A DNA stretch of 64,000 nucleotides from assembly GCA_017517765.1 (NCBI GenBank), contig JAFWYE010000006.1, positions 58,665-122,664 on the forward strand. Reading direction: 5' to 3'. The notes beneath the pieces were generated by a model, which searched no databases, had not been told where the DNA came from, and saw only the letters and a program-made list of their open reading frames with translations. The translations under genes and the position numbers were made by a program. Positions 1 to 10,240 of this stretch are shown in pieces. Every line of letters starts with the position of its first letter. Position 1 is the stretch's first letter. The stretch comes from Bacilli bacterium. Its GTDB lineage: Bacteria; Bacillota_I; Bacilli_A; RFN20; DUOF01.

Positions 1-16
1 TTTCTTCGCGTGTCAT
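1..16 (-). CDS. 5' end of a gene running off the window (MTREE...)
   Basis: ATG at 16..14 preceded by GGAAGGTG SD-like sequence; too short to identify. Confidence 0.5.
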
Positions 17-86
17 TTTAAGCACCTTCCTAGTAATTATTTTACCATAGTAAAATATTACTAACAAGAAAAAAATAGGCTTTCAC

Positions 87-326
87 CTATTCTTTAATGT
101 CTGATAATCCTTTATTAAAAGACTCTACCCCTTCATCTACCACATTCTCCTCCTCTATTTCTTCAATTGAGGCAAGAATTGTTGTATTCTCTTCTTTGAC
201 TTTATTTAACGATGGTGAAATAAACATTAATGTGAAGGACAGCATCAAAATCACGCAGGCGCCAAAAGTCCTTGCTTGATAATCAAACTTCGTTTTCATT
301 CTCTTCTTCATCAACATAAACTCCAC
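87..326 (-). CDS. ftsL: FtsL-like small bitopic cell division protein
   Basis: Directly after rsmH; basic N-terminus, one TM helix, coiled-coil-like acidic tail. Call is mostly positional. Confidence 0.55.
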   Translation of the reverse strand: MEFMLMKKRMKTKFDYQARTFGACVILMLSFTLMFISPSLNKVKEENTTILASIEEIEEENVVDEGVESFNKGLSDIKE

Positions 327-333
327 ACTCCTT

Positions 334-1263
334 TTAATTCTTTTCCAGAATTCTTAATTTTGCCGAATGTGATCTTCTATTTATACTTAATTCTTCTTCA
401 CTAGCAACTATGGGTTTTTTATTAACGATCGCAAACTCTACAGAGCTAGTAACAGAAGTTACTGGCATGTATCTATTCCACTTCTCAGGTTCACTTGCTT
501 CCTTAAATGCTTCTTTAACAATCCTATCTTCTAAAGAATGGAAAGTAATAACTACTAGTCTTCCCTTTGGTGCTAGTAATTCCATTGCACCTTTAAGAGC
601 TTTCTTTAATCCATTTAGTTCATCATTAACTTCAATTCTAATAGCTTGAAATGTTCTTTTTGCTGGATGAGTTTCCCTAAGATATTTTGCAGGTACACTT
701 TTTTTGATAATATCTACTAGTTCAAATGTAGTAACTATCGGTTTTTCTTTTCTAGCTTCTACGATATTTCTAGCTATACTAGAAGCATACCTTTCTTCTC
801 CATAATTAAATATAAGTTGTCTAAGATCAGTTTCACTATAAGTATTTACGATGGTGTAGGCATCAAGTTTATCCTCTTGATTCATTCTCATATCTAATCT
901 TGCATCATAGTTATATGAGAATCCCCTTTCACCATTATCTAGTTGGGGAGAGGAGACTCCTAGATCAAATAAGATACCATCGACCGAGCTAACTCCACGC
1001 TTAACCAATTCCTCTTTTAGATTTTTAAAGTCAGCATGTATTAGTTCAAATTGGGGAGAAATAGCCGATAGCCGATTTCTAGAAACCTCCATAGCGTCAT
1101 TATCTTTATCAAAGCAATACAATTTGCCTTTACCTGATAATTTACTTAATATATGGCTACTATGTCCTGCTCTACCTAAAGTAGCATCAACATATATACC
1201 ATCTTCTTTAATGTTAAGCCCATCAATGGACTCAGTTAATAATACAGAAATATGTTCATCCAT
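334..1263 (-). CDS. rsmH: 16S rRNA m4C1402 methyltransferase RsmH (MraW)
   Basis: HISVLL, DATLGRAGHS, DLGVSSPQLD, FQAIRIEVNDEL, ITFHSLEDRIVK motifs. Confidence 0.98.
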   Translation of the reverse strand: MDEHISVLLTESIDGLNIKEDGIYVDATLGRAGHSSHILSKLSGKGKLYCFDKDNDAMEVSRNRLSAISPQFELIHADFKNLKEELVKRGVSSVDGILFDLGVSSPQLDNGERGFSYNYDARLDMRMNQEDKLDAYTIVNTYSETDLRQLIFNYGEERYASSIARNIVEARKEKPIVTTFELVDIIKKSVPAKYLRETHPAKRTFQAIRIEVNDELNGLKKALKGAMELLAPKGRLVVITFHSLEDRIVKEAFKEASEPEKWNRYMPVTSVTSSVEFAIVNKKPIVASEEELSINRRSHSAKLRILEKN

Positions 1264-1265
1264 AA

Positions 1266-1697
1266 TTAATTACCTGCAACAAGTAATTTTTCTGCTATTT
1301 CTTCCATATCATCCATAGCAGCATTTTGGTAATTATCCCATACTTCTTTTGACCATATCTCAACATGGTCTAATACACCAACAACAACGCATTCCTTGCT
1401 AGCGCCAGCATGAGCTAATAGATTTGCTGGAAGATTTACTCTTCCTTGCTTATCAAACTCAAGTGTTGAAGCACTACCAACGATTAAACGAACATGTTTG
1501 CGAGCGTCCTGCGAATTGGCTGGTAACGTAAGTAGTGAGTTTTGAAACTTCTCCCATCCTTCCATTGAGTATAAAGCGATACATTTATCAAACCCTATAG
1601 TAACCACAACGGTTGGAGTAAGTTGCTCGCGAATTTTAGTCGGAATGATGATACGTCCCTTTTCATCAAGATTATGTAAATATTGACCCATGAACAT
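1266..1697 (-). CDS. mraZ: Transcriptional repressor MraZ
   Basis: Two DxKGR/DKQGR repeats, HVEIW, upstream of rsmH. Confidence 0.98.
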   Translation of the reverse strand: MFMGQYLHNLDEKGRIIIPTKIREQLTPTVVVTIGFDKCIALYSMEGWEKFQNSLLTLPANSQDARKHVRLIVGSASTLEFDKQGRVNLPANLLAHAGASKECVVVGVLDHVEIWSKEVWDNYQNAAMDDMEEIAEKLLVAGN

Positions 1698-1705
1698 ATC
1701 AAGTC

Positions 1706-1733
1706 ACCCACTTTCCACCACTATTTACCACTT
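1706..1733 (-). promoter_or_regulatory. MraZ-binding GTGG repeats (dcw boxes)
   Basis: CCAC on + at 1708, 1718, 1728, i.e. three GTGG at exact 10-bp spacing upstream of mraZ; TTTACA-N18-TAAAAT promoter just upstream. Confidence 0.85.
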
Positions 1734-1839
1734 ACACCTTCATTTTAGCCCTCATTTCACCATAATGTAAACACTTTTAGCAAAAAATTTTATTTATTTG
1801 TTAAAAAAAAGATGCCTATTTCTAGACATCCATTAAAAA

Positions 1840-3630
1840 TTATTTTATACTTTTTGCCTTTTTAAACTCTTTAACACCTTTAGCAGCAAGTAAATCTTGA
1901 GCAAATTTCTTAAAACCAGGAGTTAAATTTCTAAGTACTGGAGTACCATATTCTATAGAATCATTAATCATTTTCTCACTAGTTACAATACCTCTACCCA
2001 TTAATTCTTGTATAGCAGATAATATTTTATTCATATCATCATGTTTAGTTATTACTAAAGTCTTCTCAGGACTTTCAAATTCAAACTCACTTCCCAAATA
2101 TGATAAGAATATTTCTATTTCTTTATCAATGTGAGAGAATCTAGAAATCATATTTGATAATACTCTTTCTTTAGATCTAATATAATTTATCTTGCTAACT
2201 GAATTACTACTAGCCAAATTATCTAATTGATTGTACATATGCTCTATTCTATATTTCATATCTTGATATGCCCCATAATCAGAAATACATTGACTAATTA
2301 TTTCATCATCTAATTTTTTAGCTTCCTCTTCACTCATTTCTTGAGTAACATATTTTAATAATTTTTCTTCAATTTGATATGAAGGAACAGTATCTTTAAT
2401 ATACTTCATAACTTTTCTAACTTTAGATTTTTCATTTTCCAAATTAGCTTGTTTTTCTTCATCATCATTTAACTTAGCTATCTTAGCATCATATTCTTTT
2501 AAAATAAGACCCATATCTAATACTGTTAATGCATTACCATTTCTAGCAAAATATTTAGTAACATTAGTAAGCTTAGTTTTAGGCATTGCCTTCAAACCAT
2601 TAACATACATATTAAACATTGTTACGAATACTTCCTCAGGATACTCAATACCACTTATATATCTTGCATCTCTTCTTATATGAGGAGCATTATTGTTTTG
2701 AATAAGTACATCATTTAAATAATTTCTCATAATAAGATTATCAGCTTTATATTCAGACTCACTATATAACCAATTAGCAGAAGCAACTTTTATAAATGCT
2801 TCTTCTTTAGCATCTAATTCAATTCTTTTATTAGCAATGATAGAGTCAAATAATTCAGCATAAGCTTTACCAACTTTAGTATTCTTAGTACCTTTACTAT
2901 AAAGATAATCTTCTAAAGTATATACAAGAGCAGTAAGTGAAATATCTTCTTTTTTCACTTTATTTAACTTAGCTATTTCCATTTCAATACACATCATGTG
3001 TACTTTTTCGAATGTAGTAGTAATAGTATTATTTTCTGTAAGCATATCATAATATACATCACTGATAAATTTTTCATCTAAAGTGAAAGTTTTAGTCTTA
3101 TCATTATATGTAATATTTTTATTAGGATGTTCTTCATTTGTTTCAATTAAATCAACTTTAACATCCTCACCCATAATAAGAGAAACTAACCCTTCAATTG
3201 TAGTAACATACTCTTTTAATCCTTTTTCAAATTCAGGATGCACAATACTTCTATTTTCATCTAAAACATGATTATATTTAAAATCACTACTTAATCTATG
3301 TTTTAAATACAAACCCTTAAGATTCTTTTCTAATAAAGTTAAGTTATCTTGAGTTAATATATATTTAGTAAAATATGCATCTAAAAAAGTTTCCTCTCTA
3401 GTAGATAATTCATGACCATTAATTCTATCTAAAAACACTTGATATGCAAAACCAGCCCATACATTTTTACTATTATTAATTTCTTCAATTGAATCATCAC
3501 TAGTAAAATATGTATCCCTACTATCTACATATCTTAAAAAATCTCTCATCTTATCATTTTTAGTATTAACTACTAATTTATTCATAAAGTCTTCTAACGA
3601 ATTTATAACGATATTATACATCTCAAACAC
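1840..3630 (-). CDS. Hypothetical protein, 596 aa, largely helical
   Basis: Long ORF with GAGGTG SD; no motif recognised. Confidence 0.8.
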   Translation of the reverse strand: MFEMYNIVINSLEDFMNKLVVNTKNDKMRDFLRYVDSRDTYFTSDDSIEEINNSKNVWAGFAYQVFLDRINGHELSTREETFLDAYFTKYILTQDNLTLLEKNLKGLYLKHRLSSDFKYNHVLDENRSIVHPEFEKGLKEYVTTIEGLVSLIMGEDVKVDLIETNEEHPNKNITYNDKTKTFTLDEKFISDVYYDMLTENNTITTTFEKVHMMCIEMEIAKLNKVKKEDISLTALVYTLEDYLYSKGTKNTKVGKAYAELFDSIIANKRIELDAKEEAFIKVASANWLYSESEYKADNLIMRNYLNDVLIQNNNAPHIRRDARYISGIEYPEEVFVTMFNMYVNGLKAMPKTKLTNVTKYFARNGNALTVLDMGLILKEYDAKIAKLNDDEEKQANLENEKSKVRKVMKYIKDTVPSYQIEEKLLKYVTQEMSEEEAKKLDDEIISQCISDYGAYQDMKYRIEHMYNQLDNLASSNSVSKINYIRSKERVLSNMISRFSHIDKEIEIFLSYLGSEFEFESPEKTLVITKHDDMNKILSAIQELMGRGIVTSEKMINDSIEYGTPVLRNLTPGFKKFAQDLLAAKGVKEFKKAKSIK

Positions 3631-3703
3631 CTCGAGATAATTTTAATACAACCTCTATCTAGTGTCAACAAAAAAATAAGCTTCAAAAGTCCGATTAATA
3701 AAC

Positions 3704-3727
3704 AAAAAAAGGACCATTTTGGTCCTT
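3704..3727 (-). terminator. Intrinsic terminator after rpmF
   Basis: AAGGACC-ATTTT-GGTCCTT hairpin with T-run on the - strand. Confidence 0.75.
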
Positions 3728-3754
3728 AATATGTTTGACAAAAAAAGCTAAAAA

Positions 3755-3922
3755 TTAGATAACTTTCTTTCCATCATAATATCCACAACTAGGGCATACG
3801 ATATGAGATTTAATTTTCTCTCCGCAATTAGCGCAAGTTACTAATGTAGGTGCTACTAACTTTTGGTGTGTTCTTCTTTTTCTTTTAACTGTTTTTGAAG
3901 TTCTTCTTTGTGGTACTGCCAT
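3755..3922 (-). CDS. rpmF: 50S ribosomal protein L32 (55 aa; absent from ORF track)
   Basis: Hand translation [55 protein letters not shown]; AGGAGG SD. Confidence 0.97.
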   Translation of the reverse strand: MAVPQRRTSKTVKRKRRTHQKLVAPTLVTCANCGEKIKSHIVCPSCGYYDGKKVI

Positions 3923-4044
3923 ATTGACACCTCCTATACATCCATTTAATTATCGGTCATTCATTAAGCGACATTTGAATTATAACTATATGACCCTCTT
4001 TTGTCAATTTATTTTAATCAAATAAGCAATAATTCTTTATTTTT

Positions 4045-4782
4045 TTACTTACTTCTCATTCTAGCTAGTTCTTCTTTTGCTCTTGTTTCTACTAGCTTTG
4101 CAAGATCATTAGTATTATAAGTTTCATACTCTTCACTTGATATTGGATCTAAAAAACTTATTTTTATAACCTTTTCTTTATTATTCTTTTTAGTTATTGA
4201 TAAAGGTAAATATGACTCATCAAAAACTACAGGTAAAATTTTTGCCCCAGTACTATAGGCACACTTAAATGCTCCAGGTTTATATTCTTGTATATCAACT
4301 GTCTCATTTTTGCTTCTTGTTCCCTCAGGAAAAATAATTACATTTCTTTTCTCCTTTAAATGTGCATTACATGCTTTAACCATTTTCAAAGCATCCCTAG
4401 GACTTTCCCTATCCAAATATATTCCATCAATAATATCAATAACCTTGCCAACAACTGGATATTTTTTTGATTCCTTTTTGCTAACAATGATTACTGGATC
4501 TTTTAATAAATTTATAAGACACAAAGGATCTAGCATACCTTGATGATTTGGAGTAATAAGATATGTTTCTTTATCATCCAGTTTTTCTAAACCAGTAACT
4601 TGTAATTTAACTCTTAAAATATTATGTAAAACATCATCTATTCTTAAACGAGCATGATTATATCTTTCTTCCAAAGTTGTTTCTTCTTTATTTTTTAAGT
4701 ATTCATTAATTTTAGGAAGATAACCTAAAATTCTAATAGCCCCATGACCTATATATCCAAAATATTTACCTATATGTAACAT
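4045..4782 (-). CDS. plsC: 1-acyl-sn-glycerol-3-phosphate acyltransferase
   Basis: NHQGMLD (NHxxxxD) and IFPEGTRS motifs. Confidence 0.92.
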   Translation of the reverse strand: MLHIGKYFGYIGHGAIRILGYLPKINEYLKNKEETTLEERYNHARLRIDDVLHNILRVKLQVTGLEKLDDKETYLITPNHQGMLDPLCLINLLKDPVIIVSKKESKKYPVVGKVIDIIDGIYLDRESPRDALKMVKACNAHLKEKRNVIIFPEGTRSKNETVDIQEYKPGAFKCAYSTGAKILPVVFDESYLPLSITKKNNKEKVIKISFLDPISSEEYETYNTNDLAKLVETRAKEELARMRSK

Positions 4783-4812
4783 TAATTTATCACCACTTAT
4801 ACTATAGCAAAT

Positions 4813-5112
4813 TTATTGAACTTTTAAAACATTATGCTTTGTTTTGTTAAGCAAGACAAAGTTTTCAATCATTACTACAAAACTCTCATTTTCTTCTTCT
4901 AGTCTTCCTTTAATAGCAACCATATCTCCTATATTAACATTCTTTATTATTTTTTCATAAATACTCTTCCAATACATGCAATTAACTAAATCAAACTTTC
5001 TTTCATAACCATCTTTATATTGCCTTTCAATTTGAATTTTTAATTTATTTTTAAATTCATCTGATTTTTCTATTTCTTTTATAACACCAACAAGTATAAC
5101 TTCATTAACCAT
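4813..5112 (-). CDS. Short single-stranded DNA-binding (OB-fold) protein lacking the acidic tail
   Basis: MVNEVILVG...GDMVAIKGRL SSB pattern, 99 aa. Confidence 0.75.
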   Translation of the reverse strand: MVNEVILVGVIKEIEKSDEFKNKLKIQIERQYKDGYERKFDLVNCMYWKSIYEKIIKNVNIGDMVAIKGRLEEENESFVVMIENFVLLNKTKHNVLKVQ

Positions 5113-5226
5113 TCATTTCTCCTCCTAGAACTATTTTAAATGATTTTATAACAAGTTTTGTCTCAAATTTGTCTCAAGTTTGTTTCAGTTATAAATATTG
5201 CTCCATACTTAAAAAGAGGTGATAGA

Positions 5227-6228
5227 ATGAATAGTAAATATAATGTCAATGCCTATATTATAATGTATCTTATTGGTTACTCATTTTACTTTCATCAAGT
5301 ATATACTCAAATTTTATATTCAAAAATAGGACTACAATTTATCATTCCATTTCTTATTGCATATACTTTATTCCCAATCTTTTTTATCTATGTAACAAAG
5401 AAAATATCTTACAAATTCAATTTCAAAATTGATTTTATATATAAAATTTTAACTATTTTATACCTATTTTTAAATAGCCTTATTGTTATTAACTATGCCT
5501 CAGTTATGATACATAATTATTATTACCAAGATACTAATTCTTTAATAGTTTGCTTCTTCTTATTATTACCAATTTTATATGTTTGTATTAAGGGTAGCAA
5601 AATTTATCACTCTCTAGTCTTTTTTATTTGCTTAATATTTATTGGGTTTAAATTGTTATATGGATTAAATCCAAATACTTATGACATATATCCTTTATAT
5701 AATACATTATATATAAAAGATTACATTCAAATAATAGTCTTATCCATATCTCTTATAATAGAGCCAGTTATACTTCTAGGAAATAAAATGATCACCTCAA
5801 AAATAAACCATAAAATAATTTTCCCTTCAGTTATAATCATCTCCTTTATTTCTATATATAGTCTTTTAAGAGAAGTTAGTGAATTTGGACTTTTACTTAA
5901 TGCATTAAGCTTTCCCTATTATGAAAGTTGTAAACTTATAACATTTGAAAGTAATTTTGATAATATTGATTACTATTATATTTTTTCTCTAGCAACGTCT
6001 TTATTTTCTAGAGTCCCATTAACATTTTTAATAATAAAAGACACTTTTGATATTAATAAAAAATGGATTTTTACAATCTTTTTTGTATTCTTTTTACTCC
6101 TGTATGTAATTGTTAGAAAACTCGAGCTATACACTCTAATAATAATGCCATTGTTCTATATTTGTTCTTTTATTTTAATAACCCTTTTTGTTATTACTTT
6201 CTTTTTAAAGGAGAAAAAACATGAATAA
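5227..6228 (+). CDS. GerAB-family spore germination receptor B subunit
   Basis: About 10 TM helices, FDNIDY resembling the ERxD/E region; GAGGTG SD before ATG 5227; coupled to GerAA/AC-like genes. Confidence 0.7.
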   Translation: MNSKYNVNAYIIMYLIGYSFYFHQVYTQILYSKIGLQFIIPFLIAYTLFPIFFIYVTKKISYKFNFKIDFIYKILTILYLFLNSLIVINYASVMIHNYYYQDTNSLIVCFFLLLPILYVCIKGSKIYHSLVFFICLIFIGFKLLYGLNPNTYDIYPLYNTLYIKDYIQIIVLSISLIIEPVILLGNKMITSKINHKIIFPSVIIISFISIYSLLREVSEFGLLLNALSFPYYESCKLITFESNFDNIDYYYIFSLATSLFSRVPLTFLIIKDTFDINKKWIFTIFFVFFLLLYVIVRKLELYTLIIMPLFYICSFILITLFVITFFLKEKKHE

Positions 6229-7582
6229 AATAAAAAAAGAAATTACTAAAATATTTAAAGATAATCCCTATGTAATTAATTTATATATAAATGACTATAA
6301 TAAATTATTATTGGTTTATGATTACTCCATGATTGATACAATTAGACTTCAAAGAGATATTATTCCTATTTTAACTAGTGAGGACTATAAAGATGTGATT
6401 GCAAATCTTATCAAGGTGGTTAAAGAAGACATTGTAAAACTAGTATTTAATTCTTCAGTTATCATTTATGATTATAAAAGTAAAGAATATTATAGTTTAG
6501 AACTAAATAATGTTCCTACACGAAGTGTTAGTGAATCTAGTGTAGACATAACTATAAGTGGGCCAAAAGATTCTTTAATTGAAAGCTTGGATAGAAACAT
6601 TGCCCTAATACAAAAACGTATCAAAACAGAAAATTTAATAATTAAAAATTACACTCTAGGCAACATAACAAAAACAAAAGTATCTATGCTTTATTTAAAT
6701 ACTAATAAAGCATTAGACACTGCAGACAAGATAGAGACCACCTTAAAGAGTACCAAAATAGAATCCCTAACTAATATAGGGCAACTAGAGTCAATTCTAA
6801 CTAATAAAAAGTCTTTAATTCCCCTGTTCACTTATACTGCTAGATGTGACTTTATAAGCGAATCTCTAATAAGTAATAAAATAGTGCTATTAATCGATGG
6901 GATTCCTCTTGCTTTAATTGCTCCTTCTACCTTTTTCTTCTTTTTAGAGTTTCATGATTCATTAAGCGAAAATTTCTTTGTTATTTTTTTTGATCGAGCT
7001 TTATTTATAATTGCTTTACTATTTGCTCTATTTTTATCTCCTTTTGTTCTAGCGGTTATCAATTACTATCCAGAATTACTATCACTAGATTTGATATCTA
7101 CCACAATAAATTCAAGAAAAGGAATTTCATTTTCTTTTACAAGCGAAACAATAATCGCAGAGATATTTCTCCAATTATTTAGAATCGCAGGGACAAGACT
7201 TCCAAAAGGATTAGATTCCAGTTTACTTGTAGTAGGTAGTTTCCTTATTGGAACAGTTGTAATAGATGCAGGAATATTATCTCAAGAAGCATTATTTATT
7301 GCAGCAACAAGCGTTATTACTAGTTACGTTATTTCTAATAATTCTAGTTTTAACACTAGTATCAATTTATTTCGCTACTTTTTATTATTTTTAACTATTA
7401 GATTTGGACTTGTTGGTCTAAGTGTTGGAATACTAATCATTTTAATTTATTTATCTAGTAATTACAGTATTAATACCCCTTATTTACATCCTTACTCACC
7501 ATTTGATTTTAAAGAATTTATTAAAAGTTTTATTCCTAGCAATATTGCAAAAAAGAAAGGTGTATCAAATGAAAAAAATTAA
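6221..7582 (+). CDS. GerAA-family spore germination receptor A subunit
   Basis: RSVSES..GPKDSLIESLDRNIALIQKRI, LIDGIPLALIAP, AGTRLP, PYLHPYSPF motifs. Confidence 0.9.
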   Translation: MNKIKKEITKIFKDNPYVINLYINDYNKLLLVYDYSMIDTIRLQRDIIPILTSEDYKDVIANLIKVVKEDIVKLVFNSSVIIYDYKSKEYYSLELNNVPTRSVSESSVDITISGPKDSLIESLDRNIALIQKRIKTENLIIKNYTLGNITKTKVSMLYLNTNKALDTADKIETTLKSTKIESLTNIGQLESILTNKKSLIPLFTYTARCDFISESLISNKIVLLIDGIPLALIAPSTFFFFLEFHDSLSENFFVIFFDRALFIIALLFALFLSPFVLAVINYYPELLSLDLISTTINSRKGISFSFTSETIIAEIFLQLFRIAGTRLPKGLDSSLLVVGSFLIGTVVIDAGILSQEALFIAATSVITSYVISNNSSFNTSINLFRYFLLFLTIRFGLVGLSVGILIILIYLSSNYSINTPYLHPYSPFDFKEFIKSFIPSNIAKKKGVSNEKN

Positions 7583-8657
7583 ATATCTTATTCTATCTTT
7601 TTCCTTAATACTAAGTGGATGTTTTTTAACAGAAAAAGATATTACTAAAATGATCTTCCCTGTGGCTATGATGATTGGAGGAGAAAATAATATGTATCAA
7701 GTATATCTATTGAGTGTATCAACCACTTCAAATAGTAAGATAGAATTAGAAACCTCTACTGATATTAGTAAATATAGTTTAAGTAAATTTGAAGCAAACT
7801 CTATAAGCGAAGCCATATCAAAGGCTGGTATTGCTACAAAAGGTACTACTAGTGCTATGAAAATAGAAACTATTATTTTACATGATTCTTTATTTTCTAA
7901 TTATGATCTTGATTATCAAAGTATTACATCCCACATTATTAATAACCCTTTATTTAGGACAAATAGCTATATTTATTATTCTAAATATAAAGCAGATGAA
8001 CTTTTAAATATTAGTAGTATCGAAGTAAGTGATAGTTATTATTACTACATAATAAGACCCGAAAAAGAAAATTTAAAAGATTATATTTTACCATCAAGAT
8101 TAGTAGATACCTCTAAAGCCTATATAGATAACAAAAGAATGTTTTATCTTCCCTCTCTTTCTATTAAAACAAGTGATGTAAAACAAGAAAAAGATGGAGA
8201 GTTAGTAGATGTAAATACCTATTATGTAGATGGAGCTTACTTTTTAAATAAAGCAGGTAACTTTTCTTATGTTGATATTAGCAAACTAAATGGCTTTAAA
8301 TGGGCCGATAAAAAAGAATATTTTGATATAGAAATAGGTAGTGACATAGATCCTATATATCTAAAAATCGAAACTGTAAAATGGGATATAGAAATAAGTG
8401 ATTCACTAAATTTAAACATAAAACTAAAAACTAAAATAAACTATAATCACTCTTCTTTAACTATTAAAGAAATAGAAAGTAAACTAAAAGAAACAATAAA
8501 AAAAGATATATACGAAACATATACATCTCTTTATAAAGACATTGATATATACTTATTTAATGATCTGGCCTATCGATTAAATAAAAATATAGATAATATT
8601 AGCTCATTTAATTTAAATATAGATTTAATACTTAAAAACACTATTTATCAATACTAA
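7569..8657 (+). CDS. GerAC-family germination lipoprotein
   Basis: MKK signal peptide with LILSGC lipobox; third gene of the ger operon. Confidence 0.75.
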   Translation: MKKIKYLILSFSLILSGCFLTEKDITKMIFPVAMMIGGENNMYQVYLLSVSTTSNSKIELETSTDISKYSLSKFEANSISEAISKAGIATKGTTSAMKIETIILHDSLFSNYDLDYQSITSHIINNPLFRTNSYIYYSKYKADELLNISSIEVSDSYYYYIIRPEKENLKDYILPSRLVDTSKAYIDNKRMFYLPSLSIKTSDVKQEKDGELVDVNTYYVDGAYFLNKAGNFSYVDISKLNGFKWADKKEYFDIEIGSDIDPIYLKIETVKWDIEISDSLNLNIKLKTKINYNHSSLTIKEIESKLKETIKKDIYETYTSLYKDIDIYLFNDLAYRLNKNIDNISSFNLNIDLILKNTIYQY

Positions 8658-8964
8658 TTTCATATATAGCATATCCTATAGCATAATCTTTTTCATGGGA
8701 TATGCTTATTTTAATATCATTATAATTTTCTAAATAAATGCTATTATCATCATTATACTTAATATTTAATTCATTAAAAGATTTCTTCAATCCTGCTTTA
8801 TATATAGCTTCTTTTATAGCAAATCTTCCTGCTAAAAACTCTCTTTTTCTAATGTCACTAGCATTATTAAATATTTCTAGTTCATCACTAGATAAAACTT
8901 TTTTAGCAATAATAAAATCTACTCTATCTATTTTAACTATATCTACTCCAATACCTTTAATCAT
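8641..8964 (-). CDS. acpS: Holo-ACP synthase
   Basis: GIGVDIV, FLAGRFAIKEAIYKA, ISISHE. Confidence 0.95.
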   Translation of the reverse strand: MIKGIGVDIVKIDRVDFIIAKKVLSSDELEIFNNASDIRKREFLAGRFAIKEAIYKAGLKKSFNELNIKYNDDNSIYLENYNDIKISISHEKDYAIGYAIYEISIDK

Positions 8965-10240
8965 TACTCTTACTCCTTAATAATGAATAAGCATATTCAC
9001 TACCTTTTAAGTATTCATTATAAGCACGTTTTAAATCTTCCATTGTAATAGATTTTAAAACATCAATTAAAGTAAAGAAATCATTTCCATCTAATACATA
9101 AGTCAAATAATTTCTAGCAATTCTATTTATGCTATCACATCCATTAATAATCGAAGATATTTCTTTTCTTTTCACACTATCTAATTTCTCATCATTAATA
9201 ATATTTAATGTGTTTTCAATTCTTTCATTAATTTTCTTAATTACTAAGCTTTCTTCTTTTAATAAATCACATTCAATAATAAAAGCAAATGCATCTTCAT
9301 AATCAAATATATCTACTCCTAATGAAGAAACATACTTTTCATTTATCATCATATTATAAAATTCACTACTATTAGAGAATAGTAAAGATGACAAAACATC
9401 CATACTTATAAATACTTTTAATCTATCATCATTTGTTAAATCATCCATCGGTTTCATCTTATAACCCAATAATAATTTTTTATTATTTACATCATCTTCA
9501 ATAATTTTAGATTCACATACTACAGATAAACTCTTATCTATTTCTTTCTTTTTCAGGTTAAGTTCTCTAGTAGTAAATTCTTTACTTTTAACTAAATCCA
9601 TAGTTTTCTCTACGTCTACATCACCACATATAACTAAAACCATGTTATTAGGGCTATAAAAAGATTCATGAACTTGTTTAAGTAATTCATAGGTTGTTTC
9701 TCTAACTTCATTTGGTTCTCCTCCAACATCTAAAGTAAGAGGATGATCTTTATATAAAGACGCCATTAATCCCTTAAATAATTTATCATCAGGATCATCT
9801 TTGTACATAAGTAATTCATTAACTATAATATCCTTTTCATTTTCTACAGCCTCTTTGGTCATTGTAAAAGATGTAGGGAAATCTAGTAACAACTCTAAGC
9901 ATTCTTCAAATTTATCATTACAATTGAAATAATATACAGTTCTATCATATGTAGTAAAAGCATTACAATCAGCTCCTAATTTATAATATAAATCAATAAC
10001 ATTTCCCTTTTTATAATCAAAAACTCTATGTTCTAAAAAGTGAGCTAATCCTCCAATTATTTTGGTTTCTACTCCATTATAAACAAGAGTATCCCCAGTA
10101 TTAAAGGAACCAAACTTACTAGCAAAATAAGCACACTTATTAGCAAAACCTTCTTTTTTTATAATATAAACATCTAATCCATTATCTAAAATTTCATGAT
10201 ATAGTGTCTCATCTATACTTTTATAATATTTCTTATTCAT
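8957..10240 (-). CDS. ymfH: M16 family Zn peptidase (YmfH-like)
   Basis: GLAHFLEH inverted zincin motif, NAFTTYDRT. Confidence 0.88.
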   Translation of the reverse strand: MNKKYYKSIDETLYHEILDNGLDVYIIKKEGFANKCAYFASKFGSFNTGDTLVYNGVETKIIGGLAHFLEHRVFDYKKGNVIDLYYKLGADCNAFTTYDRTVYYFNCNDKFEECLELLLDFPTSFTMTKEAVENEKDIIVNELLMYKDDPDDKLFKGLMASLYKDHPLTLDVGGEPNEVRETTYELLKQVHESFYSPNNMVLVICGDVDVEKTMDLVKSKEFTTRELNLKKKEIDKSLSVVCESKIIEDDVNNKKLLLGYKMKPMDDLTNDDRLKVFISMDVLSSLLFSNSSEFYNMMINEKYVSSLGVDIFDYEDAFAFIIECDLLKEESLVIKKINERIENTLNIINDEKLDSVKRKEISSIINGCDSINRIARNYLTYVLDGNDFFTLIDVLKSITMEDLKRAYNEYLKGSEYAYSLLRSKSND

